A stretch of 64,000 nucleotides of DNA from Candidatus Bathyarchaeum sp. (GTDB lineage: Archaea > Thermoproteota > Bathyarchaeia > Bathyarchaeales > Bathyarchaeaceae). The notes beneath the pieces were generated by a model, which worked only from the letters and a program-made list of their open reading frames with translations, made no database searches and was not told where the DNA came from. The translations under genes were made by a program, and so were the position numbers. The DNA lies in assembly GCA_026014495.1 (NCBI GenBank), contig JAOZIF010000150.1, positions 1,131 through 65,130 on the forward strand. Direction: 5' to 3'. Shown here one piece after another: positions 21,529 to 31,823 of this stretch; positions within the stretch are counted from its first letter, which is position 1; every line of letters starts with the position of its first letter.

Positions 21529-22325
21529 CCTCAACGATTGTTGTGAATGTTAAGAAAAAGCGAATTACTGAACTTCTTGCGGGCGGAAAACGAACCGACG
21601 GACGAGGAGTAAATGACTACCGCGAAATCCAAATAGAATCTGGCGTTATTGAACGTGCTGAAGGTTCTGCTCGGGTGCGTTTAGGCAAAACTGAAATTAT
21701 TGTTGGCGTAAAAATTGGAACTGGAACTCCGTTTCCGGACACTCCTGACACAGGTGTTCTAACTGTTAATGCTGAACTTGTGCCTCTTGCGTCTCCATCT
21801 TTTGAGCCTGGCCCACCTGGAGAGGATGCAGTGGAGTTGGCTCGTGTCGTGGACAGAGGTATACGTGAATCTAAAGCAATTGACTTGGAGAAACTGTGCG
21901 TTGAGTCTGGCAAACTGGTTTTCGTTGTTTTTGTGGACGTTTATGTTCTTAATCATGACGGAAACCTCATTGATGCTTCGGCTATGGCTGCCTTAGCTGC
22001 TTTGGTCAACACGAAGATGTTCAAGTATACTGTAGAAGAAGGAGAAATCGTGAAGAAGCCTGGTTACACTCCCCTTCCAATGCTTGACTATCCGATAGCT
22101 GTTACTTTCGCCAAGATAGGCAATAAGCTCATATTGGACACTGGACTTGATGAGGAGCAGGTTATGGATGCACGATTGACGATTACCATGAACAAAGACG
22201 GAAACATATGTGCCATACAGAAGGGCGGTGGTTCAGGATATTTCACTCGCGAGGAGATATCAGAAGCCACAAAAATTGCCGTGGAAAAAACTGCAGAATT
22301 AAGAAAAGTCGTGGTTAAAAGCTAA
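21525..22325 (+). CDS. rrp42: Exosome subunit Rrp42
   Basis: [32 protein letters not shown]. Confidence 0.96.
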   Translation: MTSTIVVNVKKKRITELLAGGKRTDGRGVNDYREIQIESGVIERAEGSARVRLGKTEIIVGVKIGTGTPFPDTPDTGVLTVNAELVPLASPSFEPGPPGEDAVELARVVDRGIRESKAIDLEKLCVESGKLVFVVFVDVYVLNHDGNLIDASAMAALAALVNTKMFKYTVEEGEIVKKPGYTPLPMLDYPIAVTFAKIGNKLILDTGLDEEQVMDARLTITMNKDGNICAIQKGGGSGYFTREEISEATKIAVEKTAELRKVVVKS

Positions 22326-22600
22326 TGGGAAGAAAAACAAAAAAAGTTGCTATGACTAGAGGACTTGGGACTCGTTACGGCGCAACTGTCAGAAAACGTT
22401 ACATAAAAGTTGTTACAGAAGCCAAAAAGACCCACAAGTGTCCACAATGTGGCGCTGAGGCGGTCACACGTGTGAGTGTTGGCGTCTGGAACTGCAAAAA
22501 ATGTGATGTAACTTTTACTGGTGGTGCCTATACTCCAGTTACGAAGCTTGGGGTTGTGGCAAAGCGTCAAGTAAAGAGTTTGTCCTCTTCCGAATCCTAG
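22325..22600 (+). CDS. rpl37ae: 50S ribosomal protein L37ae
   Basis: GTRYGATVRK, CPQC...CKKC zinc ribbon, FTGGAY. Confidence 0.95.
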   Translation: MGRKTKKVAMTRGLGTRYGATVRKRYIKVVTEAKKTHKCPQCGAEAVTRVSVGVWNCKKCDVTFTGGAYTPVTKLGVVAKRQVKSLSSSES

Positions 22601-22662
22601 ACCTAATAGCCATTAAGGCGAAAGCCTTCTTGGTCACCTTTTTTTGGTGAGGTGGACTAAAT

Positions 22663-23214
22663 TTGATTTTGTTGACTACCTCTCGGAGACCAACCGGAAG
22701 GATACGAACGTTTTGTCGTGATTTAGCTAATTCCATTCCTAATGTTGTGCGAGTTAATCGTGGAAAGATGAGTTCAGATGGTGTAGCCGAGAAAGCAATT
22801 GAGCTTGAGGCAGACCACGTGATTATTGTTGACCGCTGGCATGGTGGACCTGGAAAAATCAATCTTTTTGTTGTTTCATCAACTGGATTAAAGCCTGTTT
22901 CTCCGTTAATGTTGTTGTCTGCAATTTGTCTTCGAAGGGAACTCAAAGAGGGGACAAGACGTGTCTGCTCATCTGTTGTCACTGTAGCGCCTGAAGCTTC
23001 CTCTAACCTGGGCAAAGTAGCTGGCTGTTTGTCACAGTTTTTAGGTTTGCCCCTTCAGTCCTTTGATGAAGCAGCTGAGAATCATCGTGTTTCAATGCAT
23101 TTTTCGTTTGACTCTAAGCGGCGGTCTCAATTCACGTTCTTGCTTCTTGGTCGAATGGTTGAAATAGGGCCCAGAGTCACACTTTCAAAGGTTATTTGGG
23201 AAGTTTCGTCATGA
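22663..23214 (+). CDS. Brix-domain rRNA maturation protein
   Basis: MILLTTSRRP, VNRGKMS, EIGPR motifs; superoperon position. Confidence 0.88.
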   Translation: MILLTTSRRPTGRIRTFCRDLANSIPNVVRVNRGKMSSDGVAEKAIELEADHVIIVDRWHGGPGKINLFVVSSTGLKPVSPLMLLSAICLRRELKEGTRRVCSSVVTVAPEASSNLGKVAGCLSQFLGLPLQSFDEAAENHRVSMHFSFDSKRRSQFTFLLLGRMVEIGPRVTLSKVIWEVSS

Positions 23215-23456
23215 ATGCTCAGGCTGTTGTACGCCTAAACTTTTCTTCAGAAACACAGTTACATGTAGTCTTGCAGGCACTAAAACCCGAAACCGAGACT
23301 TCATCTACGAGCCGCTCAAAAGTGGGTATGACCGCTGAAGGTCAAAGTTTGGTCTTGGATTTTAGCGCAAAAGACACTTCTGCATTAAGAGCAGCAATGA
23401 ACTCGTATTTACGGCTAATCGGCGTAGCAATTAATTTGCACAACTTAACAGAATAA
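23211..23456 (+). CDS. pcc1: KEOPS complex subunit Pcc1
   Basis: AL.PE, AKDTSALRAAMNSYLR. Confidence 0.9.
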   Translation: MNAQAVVRLNFSSETQLHVVLQALKPETETSSTSRSKVGMTAEGQSLVLDFSAKDTSALRAAMNSYLRLIGVAINLHNLTE

Positions 23457-23559
23457 TTTTGCTTCAAGCTTGGTTACAACCTATAGGGTGAAAACGCTTA
23501 ATATGTGCCAAGTTATTTAAGCTGAAGGACTTTAGAGGCTAAAATTTGAGGAGTATAAG

Positions 23560-23928
23560 ATGAGCGAAGATATTTCTAGACTTCCACCACAAGTTCAACA
23601 ACGGTTACTTAGACTTCAACAGTTACAGCAGTCACTACAAGGAGTAATGAGCCAAAAACAGCAGCTTGAAATGCAACTCACCGAAGTTGAACAAGCATCA
23701 AGTGAATTAGAGAAACTTGATGAAAATGCTGTAATCTACAAATCTATTGGTGCACTTCTTGTCAAATCAGAAAAAGACAAGGTTACAACAGACTTGACAG
23801 AACGTAAAGAACTCTTGAAAATGAGAGTTGAAGTTCTAGCCAAACAAGATGAGCGCCTTAGAACTCAGGTAAAGGACCTACAGGAGAAACTGCAGCAAGA
23901 TCTGCGCCCCGTATCTGGTTCTGTTTAG
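23560..23928 (+). CDS. pfdB: Prefoldin beta subunit
   Basis: LPPQVQ, coiled coils, IYKSIGALLVK. Confidence 0.93.
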   Translation: MSEDISRLPPQVQQRLLRLQQLQQSLQGVMSQKQQLEMQLTEVEQASSELEKLDENAVIYKSIGALLVKSEKDKVTTDLTERKELLKMRVEVLAKQDERLRTQVKDLQEKLQQDLRPVSGSV

Positions 23929-23940
23929 GATGAAAACCTC

Positions 23941-24243
23941 TTGGCAGAGACTGGCATCCCCCAGCTAACTCTTGAACAGGTTGCAGAGTTATGTGAGGGT
24001 GCAGAGCACGCTGCCCGCGGATACGTGTTGTCTAAAGTATCCACTAACCGAGTAGTTACCTTAGATGTGACCGTGGACGCTGAGGGAACAAAACCCGTAA
24101 CCGTAAACGTTGACGTAACCGTTGTTTTATCCCCAATAATGAAGGACTTTGACGTTAACACATTAACAAAAGAAGCAACAAACCAAGCCTTCGTTTACGT
24201 TGAAGAATACTTGAGGGAACTCAAGTGCAAATCAAAGAAATAG
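23941..24243 (+). CDS. DUF3194-like conserved archaeal protein
   Basis: GIPQLT.EQV..LCE.AE pattern; usual position after pfdB. Confidence 0.7.
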   Translation: MAETGIPQLTLEQVAELCEGAEHAARGYVLSKVSTNRVVTLDVTVDAEGTKPVTVNVDVTVVLSPIMKDFDVNTLTKEATNQAFVYVEEYLRELKCKSKK

Positions 24244-25205
24244 TTGCATTAATAGATAAGCTGGATGCCAAGCTAGCTGTTCTTTTATGTCACAACAATG
24301 CAGACCCAGACGCCATCGGCTCTGCATTTGCCTTCAAAGGGCTACTACAACGTTTGAGACCAAACTTGGAAACTGAAATTGCGGCGCCTTTGGGACCAAG
24401 CAAGCTTTCCAAATCTGTGATGGCTGTTTTGCCAATAGAACTTACTGAGCAGCCTCGTATCGAAGAAGCTGACCTGATTGTTTTACTGGATACAAACACT
24501 ATTCAGCAGTTAGATGAATGGAGCACAAGAATAACGCCTGACCGTCCTCTAATAGTGATTGACCATCATGCGAGCCACCCAGAAACCGAGCGCATAGCAA
24601 CCCTTTATGTATCAGACGAAACTGCTTCATCCACTTGTGTAATTGTTTATCGTCTCTTCAAGGAGGCTGGGCTTTCTTTATATGATGCAGAGGCAAAAGC
24701 GCTATTTCTTGGAGTAGCCTTTGATACACGCCATTTTATCTTAGCCAACTCTGAAACCCTCAAAATTGTTGCTGAACTCGCAGAAAAAATAGATGTCCAA
24801 GAAATGCTTTCTGTTCTTTCTTTGCCTATGGTGTATTCTGAGCGTGTAGCTCGGCTGAAGGCTGCAAACAGAGTTAAGGTCTTAAAAGTGAATGATTGGT
24901 TGATTGCTTTTTCTCATGTTAACGCCTATCAAGCTTCGGCTGCTCGGGGACTTGTTGCGTTAGGTGCACATCTTGCAGTTGTTGCTGGAAAAAAGGAGAA
25001 GAAAGTTCAAGTGAGTTTTAGGGCTTCACACGAGTTTTATGCCCAAACTGGTGTTCATGTTGGTCGTGATTTGGCAACGCCTCTAGGCGAGTTTTTGGGT
25101 GGTATGGGTGGTGGACATTCAGTTTCTGCTGGGGCAAATGGCGTTGGAGACGTGAAAGCTTGTTTGGCGTTTTGTGAGAAGATGTTAAAAAAGAAGCTGC
25201 ATTAA
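24225..25205 (+). CDS. DHH family phosphoesterase
   Basis: HNNADPDA, IDHH, GGGH motifs. Confidence 0.9.
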   Translation: MQIKEIVALIDKLDAKLAVLLCHNNADPDAIGSAFAFKGLLQRLRPNLETEIAAPLGPSKLSKSVMAVLPIELTEQPRIEEADLIVLLDTNTIQQLDEWSTRITPDRPLIVIDHHASHPETERIATLYVSDETASSTCVIVYRLFKEAGLSLYDAEAKALFLGVAFDTRHFILANSETLKIVAELAEKIDVQEMLSVLSLPMVYSERVARLKAANRVKVLKVNDWLIAFSHVNAYQASAARGLVALGAHLAVVAGKKEKKVQVSFRASHEFYAQTGVHVGRDLATPLGEFLGGMGGGHSVSAGANGVGDVKACLAFCEKMLKKKLH

Positions 25206-25269
25206 CCCTTTTCTGGGTAGCTACTCTTAAATGGATTAAAAAAGTTGCAATAAACTGGCGGACCAAACA

Positions 25270-26118
25270 TTGGCTGTAATCAAGACCAACGATTTAACGT
25301 ACACATATCCTGGCGCAACAAAGCCATCCATCGAAAAGGTATCCCTAACCATAAACAAGGGCGACTTTGTCATCTTAACTGGTCCCAGTGGATGCGGAAA
25401 AACAACACTTTGTAGGTGCTTCAATGGGTTAGTGCCCCATTTTTACAATGGGAAACTGGAAGGAACACTTACCGTAGCGGGTCTAGATGTGGCTGAGCAC
25501 CAAATCTACGAACTTGCACGCCACGTAGGGCTTGTATTTCAGAATCCCGAAAATCAGCTTTTTGCACTGTCGGTTGAAAAGGATGTGGCATTTGGTCTGG
25601 AAAACTTTGCTATGCCCCGAGAAGAAATGAGAAAACGTGTCGAGTGGGCGCTCAAAATGGCGGGAATAAGTGAGCTTGCTGAACGTCCTCCACATGAGCT
25701 TTCAGGTGGACAACAACAGCGGGTTGCAATTGCTTCTGTGCTTGCAATGCAGCCTGACATTATGATTTTGGATGAGCCCACCTCGTTTCTTGATCCATTG
25801 GGTGCCGAAAAAATATTTGAGGTAATCAATGACTTAAACAAGAAGCTGGGAATTACAACTATTTTGGTTGAGCACAGGCTTGACCTTGCTGCAAAGTATG
25901 CGAATCATGTTATTGTTATGGATAACGGCAAGGTTGCATTAACAGGTAGTCCCAGAGAAATTTTTTCTTCTGAAGAAGCGCGTTTGATTGGTGTTGGTAT
26001 TCCAAAGGCAACAAAACTGTATCAGCATCTTAAGAAAAATGGGGTAGAGCTAAAATCTGTTCCAGTTACAACCGAAGAGGCTGCGAATCTTTTACGGGAG
26101 GTCTTAAAGAATGCTTGA
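25270..26118 (+). CDS. ECF transporter ATP-binding protein
   Basis: GPSGCGKT, FQNPENQ, LSGGQ, LDEPT. Confidence 0.9.
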   Translation: MAVIKTNDLTYTYPGATKPSIEKVSLTINKGDFVILTGPSGCGKTTLCRCFNGLVPHFYNGKLEGTLTVAGLDVAEHQIYELARHVGLVFQNPENQLFALSVEKDVAFGLENFAMPREEMRKRVEWALKMAGISELAERPPHELSGGQQQRVAIASVLAMQPDIMILDEPTSFLDPLGAEKIFEVINDLNKKLGITTILVEHRLDLAAKYANHVIVMDNGKVALTGSPREIFSSEEARLIGVGIPKATKLYQHLKKNGVELKSVPVTTEEAANLLREVLKNA

Positions 26119-26932
26119 AGTCAAAGACCTCTTTTACGCTTATCCTACTGGTCTTGAAGCCCTTAAGGGAATCAATTTAACTGTTGATGATGGCGAATTC
26201 TTGGCTGTCATGGGACAAAATGGGGCAGGAAAAACAACGCTTGTTAAACACTTCAATGGGCTTTTAAAGCCAACCTCGGGCGAGGTCTTAGTTGATGGGG
26301 TAAGCACTCGTGATGTGAGTGTTGCAAAGCTTGCTAGAACTGTTGGTTTTGTGTTTCAAAATCCAGACCATCAACTGTTCAGTGAGAGCGTTGAAGAAGA
26401 GATTGCGTTTGCGCTCAAAAATTTTGGTTTCGAAGAGACAGTTATAGAAAAGCAGGTTACTTGGGCTTTGAATCTTTTAGATGTGCTTGAGTATCGGAAG
26501 ACGTCGCCTTTTATGCTCAGTGGAGGCGAACGAAAGCGGGTTGCTTTGGCTTCTATTCTTGCTTGGGACCCTAATGTAATTATTTTGGATGAGCCAACGA
26601 TTGGTCAAGACCATCAGCAAAAAGAGAAACTGCAGCAGTTTATTTTGCAATTAAATGCTCAAAAGAAGACTGTTGTTGTTGTCACGCATGATGTAGAGTT
26701 TGTGGCTGAATGTAATCCTCGTGTTATTTTGATGCGTCAGGGAAAAGTTTTGGTTGATGGTAAAGCGGAGAAGATTTTGACTGATCCCGAGTTGTTGTTG
26801 CAGGCTTCTATTGTTCCTCCGCAGATAACGCAGATTTTTCTTGAGTTGGCTGATTTTGGGTTGCCAACAGACGTTATTGATGTTCATGTAGCCACTAAGG
26901 TTTTGTTGAACCGTTTGAGGGGGCAATCATGA
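26111..26932 (+). CDS. ECF transporter ATP-binding protein
   Basis: GQNGAGKT, FQNPDHQ, LSGGE. Confidence 0.9.
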   Translation: MLEVKDLFYAYPTGLEALKGINLTVDDGEFLAVMGQNGAGKTTLVKHFNGLLKPTSGEVLVDGVSTRDVSVAKLARTVGFVFQNPDHQLFSESVEEEIAFALKNFGFEETVIEKQVTWALNLLDVLEYRKTSPFMLSGGERKRVALASILAWDPNVIILDEPTIGQDHQQKEKLQQFILQLNAQKKTVVVVTHDVEFVAECNPRVILMRQGKVLVDGKAEKILTDPELLLQASIVPPQITQIFLELADFGLPTDVIDVHVATKVLLNRLRGQS

Positions 26933-27750
26933 GCGTCTTTGAGGGCTTTAAGTTCCGCAAGGTTTCTTCTGTAGTTCATAATTTAGACCCGAGAGTCAAG
27001 TTTTTCTTTGTCTTAGTTTTGTTTGTTATGGCTGTTTTGTTCACCAATTTTTTGGCGTTGCTTGTCTTGTTTTTGGTGCCATTGCCCTTTGTTTTTGTGG
27101 CAAAGGTTAATCGACAATGGCTACGTTCTTTGCGAGGAGCTGCCTTATTGGCTATTTTCATTTTTGCAACTAACTTTATTTTTGGATATTTTTATCCTAC
27201 TTCGCTTTCAGGGATTACTCAGCCAGTTGATACGCTCTTTGAGTATGTGGTGCTTTTAGAGCGCTCAGTAGCGATGACTCTGCGTTTTGTTGTTTTGATT
27301 TCGTCTTTTTCTGTGTTCTTTTTGACGACTTCGCCTGACCATCTGGGTTTGGCGTTGCAGCAAAGTCATGTTCCTTACGAGTTTTGTTTTGCTTTCACTA
27401 CTGCGGTTCGTTTTGTGCCTGTGTTAGCTGACGAGGCGCAGACAATAATGGATGCGCAGAAGGCTAGAGGCTTGGAGTTAGAGCGTGGGAACCTGTTTAA
27501 GCGTGTCAGAAACTATATTCCCATACTTATTCCGTTGATTGTTAATGCTATTCGAAGAAGCTTAGAGTTGGCGGAGTCCATGGAGTCTAGGGCTTGGGGT
27601 GCGAGCAAAAAACGCACAAACCTGTATGAGCTTAAACTAAAGCGGGCAGACTATGTGCTTGTTGTAATTTCTGTTTTGATGCTGATTTGTGCAGTTTATG
27701 TTTGGCTGTTTGTTCCTGTTCCTTCGTTGACGACTTTGCTTTCGTTGTAA
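26929..27750 (+). CDS. ecfT: ECF transporter transmembrane component T
   Basis: LDPRVK; AQKARG and MESR motifs. Confidence 0.9.
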   Translation: MSVFEGFKFRKVSSVVHNLDPRVKFFFVLVLFVMAVLFTNFLALLVLFLVPLPFVFVAKVNRQWLRSLRGAALLAIFIFATNFIFGYFYPTSLSGITQPVDTLFEYVVLLERSVAMTLRFVVLISSFSVFFLTTSPDHLGLALQQSHVPYEFCFAFTTAVRFVPVLADEAQTIMDAQKARGLELERGNLFKRVRNYIPILIPLIVNAIRRSLELAESMESRAWGASKKRTNLYELKLKRADYVLVVISVLMLICAVYVWLFVPVPSLTTLLSL

Positions 27751-27852
27751 CATGCTCTTTTTGGTGCGCAACTTGTTTTGTAGAGCTTTTTATTAACTGA
27801 TGGAAAAGACTTTTAACATATGGTACAGATTCCTCTGCTTTGTGGGACGCCC

Positions 27853-28452
27853 TTGAAATGGTTAATGGCTGCATCTGAAGAAATTCTGGCTGGCTCAAGA
27901 AAAGCAATGACTGAGCTTGATCTGGAAAAAGTAGAACAATTTATTCAATTAATTTTGGATTCAAAAACCAAAAAAATCTTTGTTGTCGGTCAAGGACGAA
28001 GCGGATTTGTTGGACGCGCCTTCGCTCTAAGACTCATGAACATGGGCTTAACTGTTTACTTTTTAGGAGAAACAGTCACACCCGCAGCAGGAAAAGATGA
28101 CTTGCTAGTAGCCATTTCAGGTTCAGGAACAACAAAAATAACCCTGACCGCCAGCTCAACAGCAAAAGAAATTGGCACAAAAGTTGTCGCCGTCACTTCA
28201 TATCCAGAATCTACGTTAGGCAAACTTGCTGACCTTGCTATGCCTATTGGCGGCAGAACAAAGCTTGGTTGGCCTACAGAAGAAGATTATCTGGTTAGGC
28301 AAATTTTGGGTGAAAGCGAAACTTTGTCTCCTTTAGGCTCCATCTTTGAAAACAACTGTATGGTGTTCCTTGATAGCTTAGTTGTAGAACTCATGCACCG
28401 TCTTGGAAAAACCGAGGATGAAATGAGAAAACTTCACGCCACCCTCGAGTAA
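27853..28452 (+). CDS. hxlB: 6-phospho-3-hexuloisomerase
   Basis: GQGRSG, AFALRL, ISGSGTT, PLGSIFE, HATLE; start approximate. Confidence 0.9.
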   Translation: MKWLMAASEEILAGSRKAMTELDLEKVEQFIQLILDSKTKKIFVVGQGRSGFVGRAFALRLMNMGLTVYFLGETVTPAAGKDDLLVAISGSGTTKITLTASSTAKEIGTKVVAVTSYPESTLGKLADLAMPIGGRTKLGWPTEEDYLVRQILGESETLSPLGSIFENNCMVFLDSLVVELMHRLGKTEDEMRKLHATLE

Positions 28453-28586
28453 TCTTTTCTTCTTTTTTACAGAAACATTCTTTGGCAATTTAGCGTAGTG
28501 GCTAGTATGTTCTAAAATTGTGCCCTGTTTTGTTTGAACTAAAATTTAGTTAAAGTATAGGTTGTCTGATTTTGGCTATTCTCAGA

Positions 28587-28682
28587 CTACTTGGACTTAT
28601 TCCGTCTTCTTTGTCTTTTCTTCTTTGTTCTCTTTTGCTTCTTTTTGCTGGTCTTTTTTGTCATGCCGTGGTGTCTAGTCAT
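28587..28682 (-). CDS. 31-aa ultra-basic peptide MTRHHGMTKKTSKKKQKRTKKKRQRRRNKSK
   Basis: ATG..TAG frame with GGAAGGA upstream and an AAAACTTTAAG TATA-like box. Confidence 0.6.
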   Translation of the reverse strand: MTRHHGMTKKTSKKKQKRTKKKRQRRRNKSK

Positions 28683-28899
28683 TGTAATCGATTTCCTTCC
28701 CTGTTAGTCTAAACTGTTATTCTTAAAGTTTTATGTTTACCAACCAACTAGCACCTATTAAAGATTATTTTACTTGTCTATTGCTTTGTTGAAAGAACCT
28801 GTTTGTTTGCTTTTGCTTTCATCCGCTTTTCTGGTTGAGGTGGTTTTGTGCCAGATTAAGCGTCCAGTTGTCCTATGCTTTTGGCTTAGGATGTAAAGC

Positions 28900-28960
28900 T
28901 ATTCAGAGTCGCTCCATCTCATCATCACGAGAGCTCAGAATGGTGTCCCTCATCACATAG
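28900..28960 (-). ncRNA. C/D box methylation-guide sRNA
   Basis: Minus strand reads GTGATGA-gggacaccatt-CTGA-gctctcgtg-ATGATGA-gatggagcgact-CTGA; TTTTAAA box about 25 nt upstream. Confidence 0.85.
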
Positions 28961-29042
28961 TACATCGTTTAGTATGCAGGTTTAAAATCTTACCCTTTTT
29001 TTATGGTGCTGAGAAACTGCCCGTAGCTGCAGGGTTGTCTGT

Positions 29043-30452
29043 TTATTTTTTGTTTAGCTTGAATTCTGTGTGTATTGCGCGAACTGTTTCGTTTCCATCG
29101 GCTTCTTTGACTATAAATGACACGTTAAGTTCAGATGAGCCTTGAGCTATCATGCGAACATTTATTCCCTCTTTTGCCACGGCAGTGAATATTCTTGAAG
29201 CAACTCCGGGGATTCCTTTCATGCCTGCCCCCAACACTGCGACTACACAAACGTCGTCTTCGGAGACAATTTCGCGAATAAAGTCTCTGCCCAGCAATGC
29301 TATTTCTAGGGTGTTGACTGCGCGTTCAAGCAGATTTCGTTGAATTACAAGTGAAATGTTTGCTTCTGAGACGCTCTGGGAAATCATTAGGATGTTGATG
29401 TTTTCTTTTCCAAGAACCTCAAAAACCTTTGCCGCTGTTCCGGGCGCACCAACCATGCCTGCTCCGCTGACAGTGATTACTGCAACATTCTTGACTATGG
29501 TTACAGCTTTTACTCCATTTTCTGTTTTAGCTGTCTGCTCTTTCACTATTAGGGTTCCCGTGTTGTCTGGACTGAAAACGTTTCTGATTCTAACAGGGAT
29601 TCCCTCTTTTCGGGCTGGCTCCAAAGCTCGGGGATGCATTGCTTTGGCTCCAAAGATTGTTAGTTCTGTGGCTTCTTGAAATGACAGCTCATGGATTGTT
29701 TTTGCTTCTGGAACAATTTTTGGGTCTGCAGTCATCAACCCATCCACGTCAGTCCATATCCAGACCTCGTCTGCTTCTATTGCAGCTCCCACGATAGTGG
29801 CGGTGTAGTCTGACCCGCCCCTGCCCAATGTTGTGGTTTCCTTGTTTTGGGTCTCCGCAATAAAGCCCGTTACCACCGGAACTGTTCCTTTTTTCAGCAG
29901 AGGCTCAATGTTCTTTTTTAGCTGAAACTTGGTGACATTCATCAAAAGACCCGCCTCCCCAAAGTTTGAGTCTGTGGCTATTCCTGCTTCTCCTCCAGTG
30001 AGATGCTCCGAATTGAGTCCTAGGTCTTTTATGGCTCCGCTAACTATCGGCGCAGACAATCTTTCCCCAAATGAAATAACAGTATCTCTTGATTTTGGCG
30101 TAAGCTCGCCAACATAACCAATTCCCGTAAGCACCTGCTGAAGCTCGCCTATCCGCGCTTCAACAATCTTCTTAGCATCATCTGCTAACTGCTTATCTTT
30201 AATTGCCTCTTTGACGGTTTTAAGGTGTCTTTCAAGAAGTTCTTGCTTGAATTTACTGACATATTCGCTGTTTCCCTTTTTTGCTTCCTGTGCCGCTTGG
30301 ATAAGCTGGTTTGTAACGCCCTCTAAGGCTGAAACAACGACAACAACTCCACAGTCCAAGTTTTTGTTGTCTGCTACAATTTTAGCTACATGACAAATCT
30401 TCTTGCCATTAGCTACAGAGCTTCCTCCAAACTTCATCACTATATTCTTCAA
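29043..30452 (-). CDS. lysC: Aspartate kinase
   Basis: KFGGSS, TTLGRGGSDYTA, WTDVDG, two ACT domains. Confidence 0.95.
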   Translation of the reverse strand: MKNIVMKFGGSSVANGKKICHVAKIVADNKNLDCGVVVVVSALEGVTNQLIQAAQEAKKGNSEYVSKFKQELLERHLKTVKEAIKDKQLADDAKKIVEARIGELQQVLTGIGYVGELTPKSRDTVISFGERLSAPIVSGAIKDLGLNSEHLTGGEAGIATDSNFGEAGLLMNVTKFQLKKNIEPLLKKGTVPVVTGFIAETQNKETTTLGRGGSDYTATIVGAAIEADEVWIWTDVDGLMTADPKIVPEAKTIHELSFQEATELTIFGAKAMHPRALEPARKEGIPVRIRNVFSPDNTGTLIVKEQTAKTENGVKAVTIVKNVAVITVSGAGMVGAPGTAAKVFEVLGKENINILMISQSVSEANISLVIQRNLLERAVNTLEIALLGRDFIREIVSEDDVCVVAVLGAGMKGIPGVASRIFTAVAKEGINVRMIAQGSSELNVSFIVKEADGNETVRAIHTEFKLNKK

Positions 30453-30466
30453 GTCTTTTTCCTCAC

Positions 30467-31492
30467 TTATGTCATCATCTTGTTTGCTATGTTCTGTTTT
30501 ATGTCCAATAAATCCCGCAATACTGCGCTGGCAGTTTCTACTCCACCTGCCCCCAAGCCAATGATTGTTTGCTCTCCAGCAGATTCGGAAACAAACGTTA
30601 CAGCGTTAAGGGCTCCATCAACAGCTAAAGGATCATGCTTGGATATTTGGGTCGGCTCCACTTTTAGGGTTTCTCCGATAACGCCTATGAGCTTTATTGT
30701 GCAGCCCTTCTTTGCAGCATCCTGTATGTTCTGGGCTGACACTTCACGGATGCCCTTAATATTCACATCTTTAATCGTGACTTTCCTGTCCATTATCCAG
30801 TTCGCCATAATCACAAGCTTCGCAGCCGCATCATAACCATCAACATCCATCGTAGGGTCAGCCTCAGCAAACCCAAGCTTCTGCGCTGCAGTCAAAGCCT
30901 CATCAAACGTAATGTGCTTCTCATCCATCTCAGAAAGAATGTAATTTGTAGTTCCATTCAATATACCCTTAACAGAAACTAGCCTATCACCCTGCAGACA
31001 ATTTTTTGCAAACTCAAGAACAGGAGTTCCCGCACCAACAGTTCCACTAAAACGCAAGTAAACCTTATTGTGGTCAGCCAACTCAGTCAGCGCTGGCAAC
31101 GCAAGAGCCAAAGGCCCCTTGTTTGTTGTAACCACATGCTTTCCTGTTCTAAACGCAGTTTTAATGTAGGATAATCCAGGTTCTCCATCTTCAATGTTGG
31201 TGGGCGACACCTCAACCACCGCTTCAGCCTCAACAGACTCTATCACATCTAGCGCAGACATGTCAGGACGCCCATATTGGCCACTGGCTGACACTGTACC
31301 CTTCTCTTTTTTCAAAGACAGCATCAACTCCAAGTCTAGCCCCTTCTGGTTTATGGCTGCGCCTTTCTTGTCAACTATAGCTACAATTCTGGGACGAAAA
31401 CCGTACTTCTTGGCAAGCTCCCTCTTTCTGCTCAGAAAGATTTTGGCTAAACTTTGCCCGACTACTCCCCATCCCACCAAGATTATCCTCAT
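30467..31492 (-). CDS. hom: Homoserine dehydrogenase
   Basis: GWGVVG, NKGP, GILNGTTNYIL, AEADP, GAGG.ETASAV. Confidence 0.95.
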   Translation of the reverse strand: MRIILVGWGVVGQSLAKIFLSRKRELAKKYGFRPRIVAIVDKKGAAINQKGLDLELMLSLKKEKGTVSASGQYGRPDMSALDVIESVEAEAVVEVSPTNIEDGEPGLSYIKTAFRTGKHVVTTNKGPLALALPALTELADHNKVYLRFSGTVGAGTPVLEFAKNCLQGDRLVSVKGILNGTTNYILSEMDEKHITFDEALTAAQKLGFAEADPTMDVDGYDAAAKLVIMANWIMDRKVTIKDVNIKGIREVSAQNIQDAAKKGCTIKLIGVIGETLKVEPTQISKHDPLAVDGALNAVTFVSESAGEQTIIGLGAGGVETASAVLRDLLDIKQNIANKMMT

Positions 31493-31616
31493 CGTTGTTC
31501 ACTCTGCAAGCGCTGTTTACTGTTGTATATTGAATCTTCTCTATTACAGTTACGTTTTATAAATAATAACCGCGCCTCAAAAAACAACCCTACCCGTTAT
31601 TCACATTTCTGTGCGG

Positions 31617-31668
31617 CATATTAGGATACAAATAGAGGTTCATTGTTGAAAACTAACTTTTTTTCTGA
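31617..31668 (-). repeat. Dispersed ~50-bp element, copy B (reverse orientation)
   Basis: Minus strand tcagaaaaaaagttagttttcaacaatgaacctctatttgtatcctaatatg. Confidence 0.88.
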
Positions 31669-31823
31669 AAAATGTTGCACAGCGCACATTTACCAAAAAA
31701 GTTCACACGACCATATTGACACCAGAACATTTTGTTGAACATAACTTTGAGGCTCCAGCCCTGTTTCTTTTCACGATTGGTTAATTAACCTCCAGCATAT
31801 ACGTTCAGGTCGGTGCTGCCAAA

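Noticed and set aside
25270-27750. ECF module with no adjacent S component
   Set aside because: Normal for shared (group II) ECF modules; a solitary S component is at 47581..48081.
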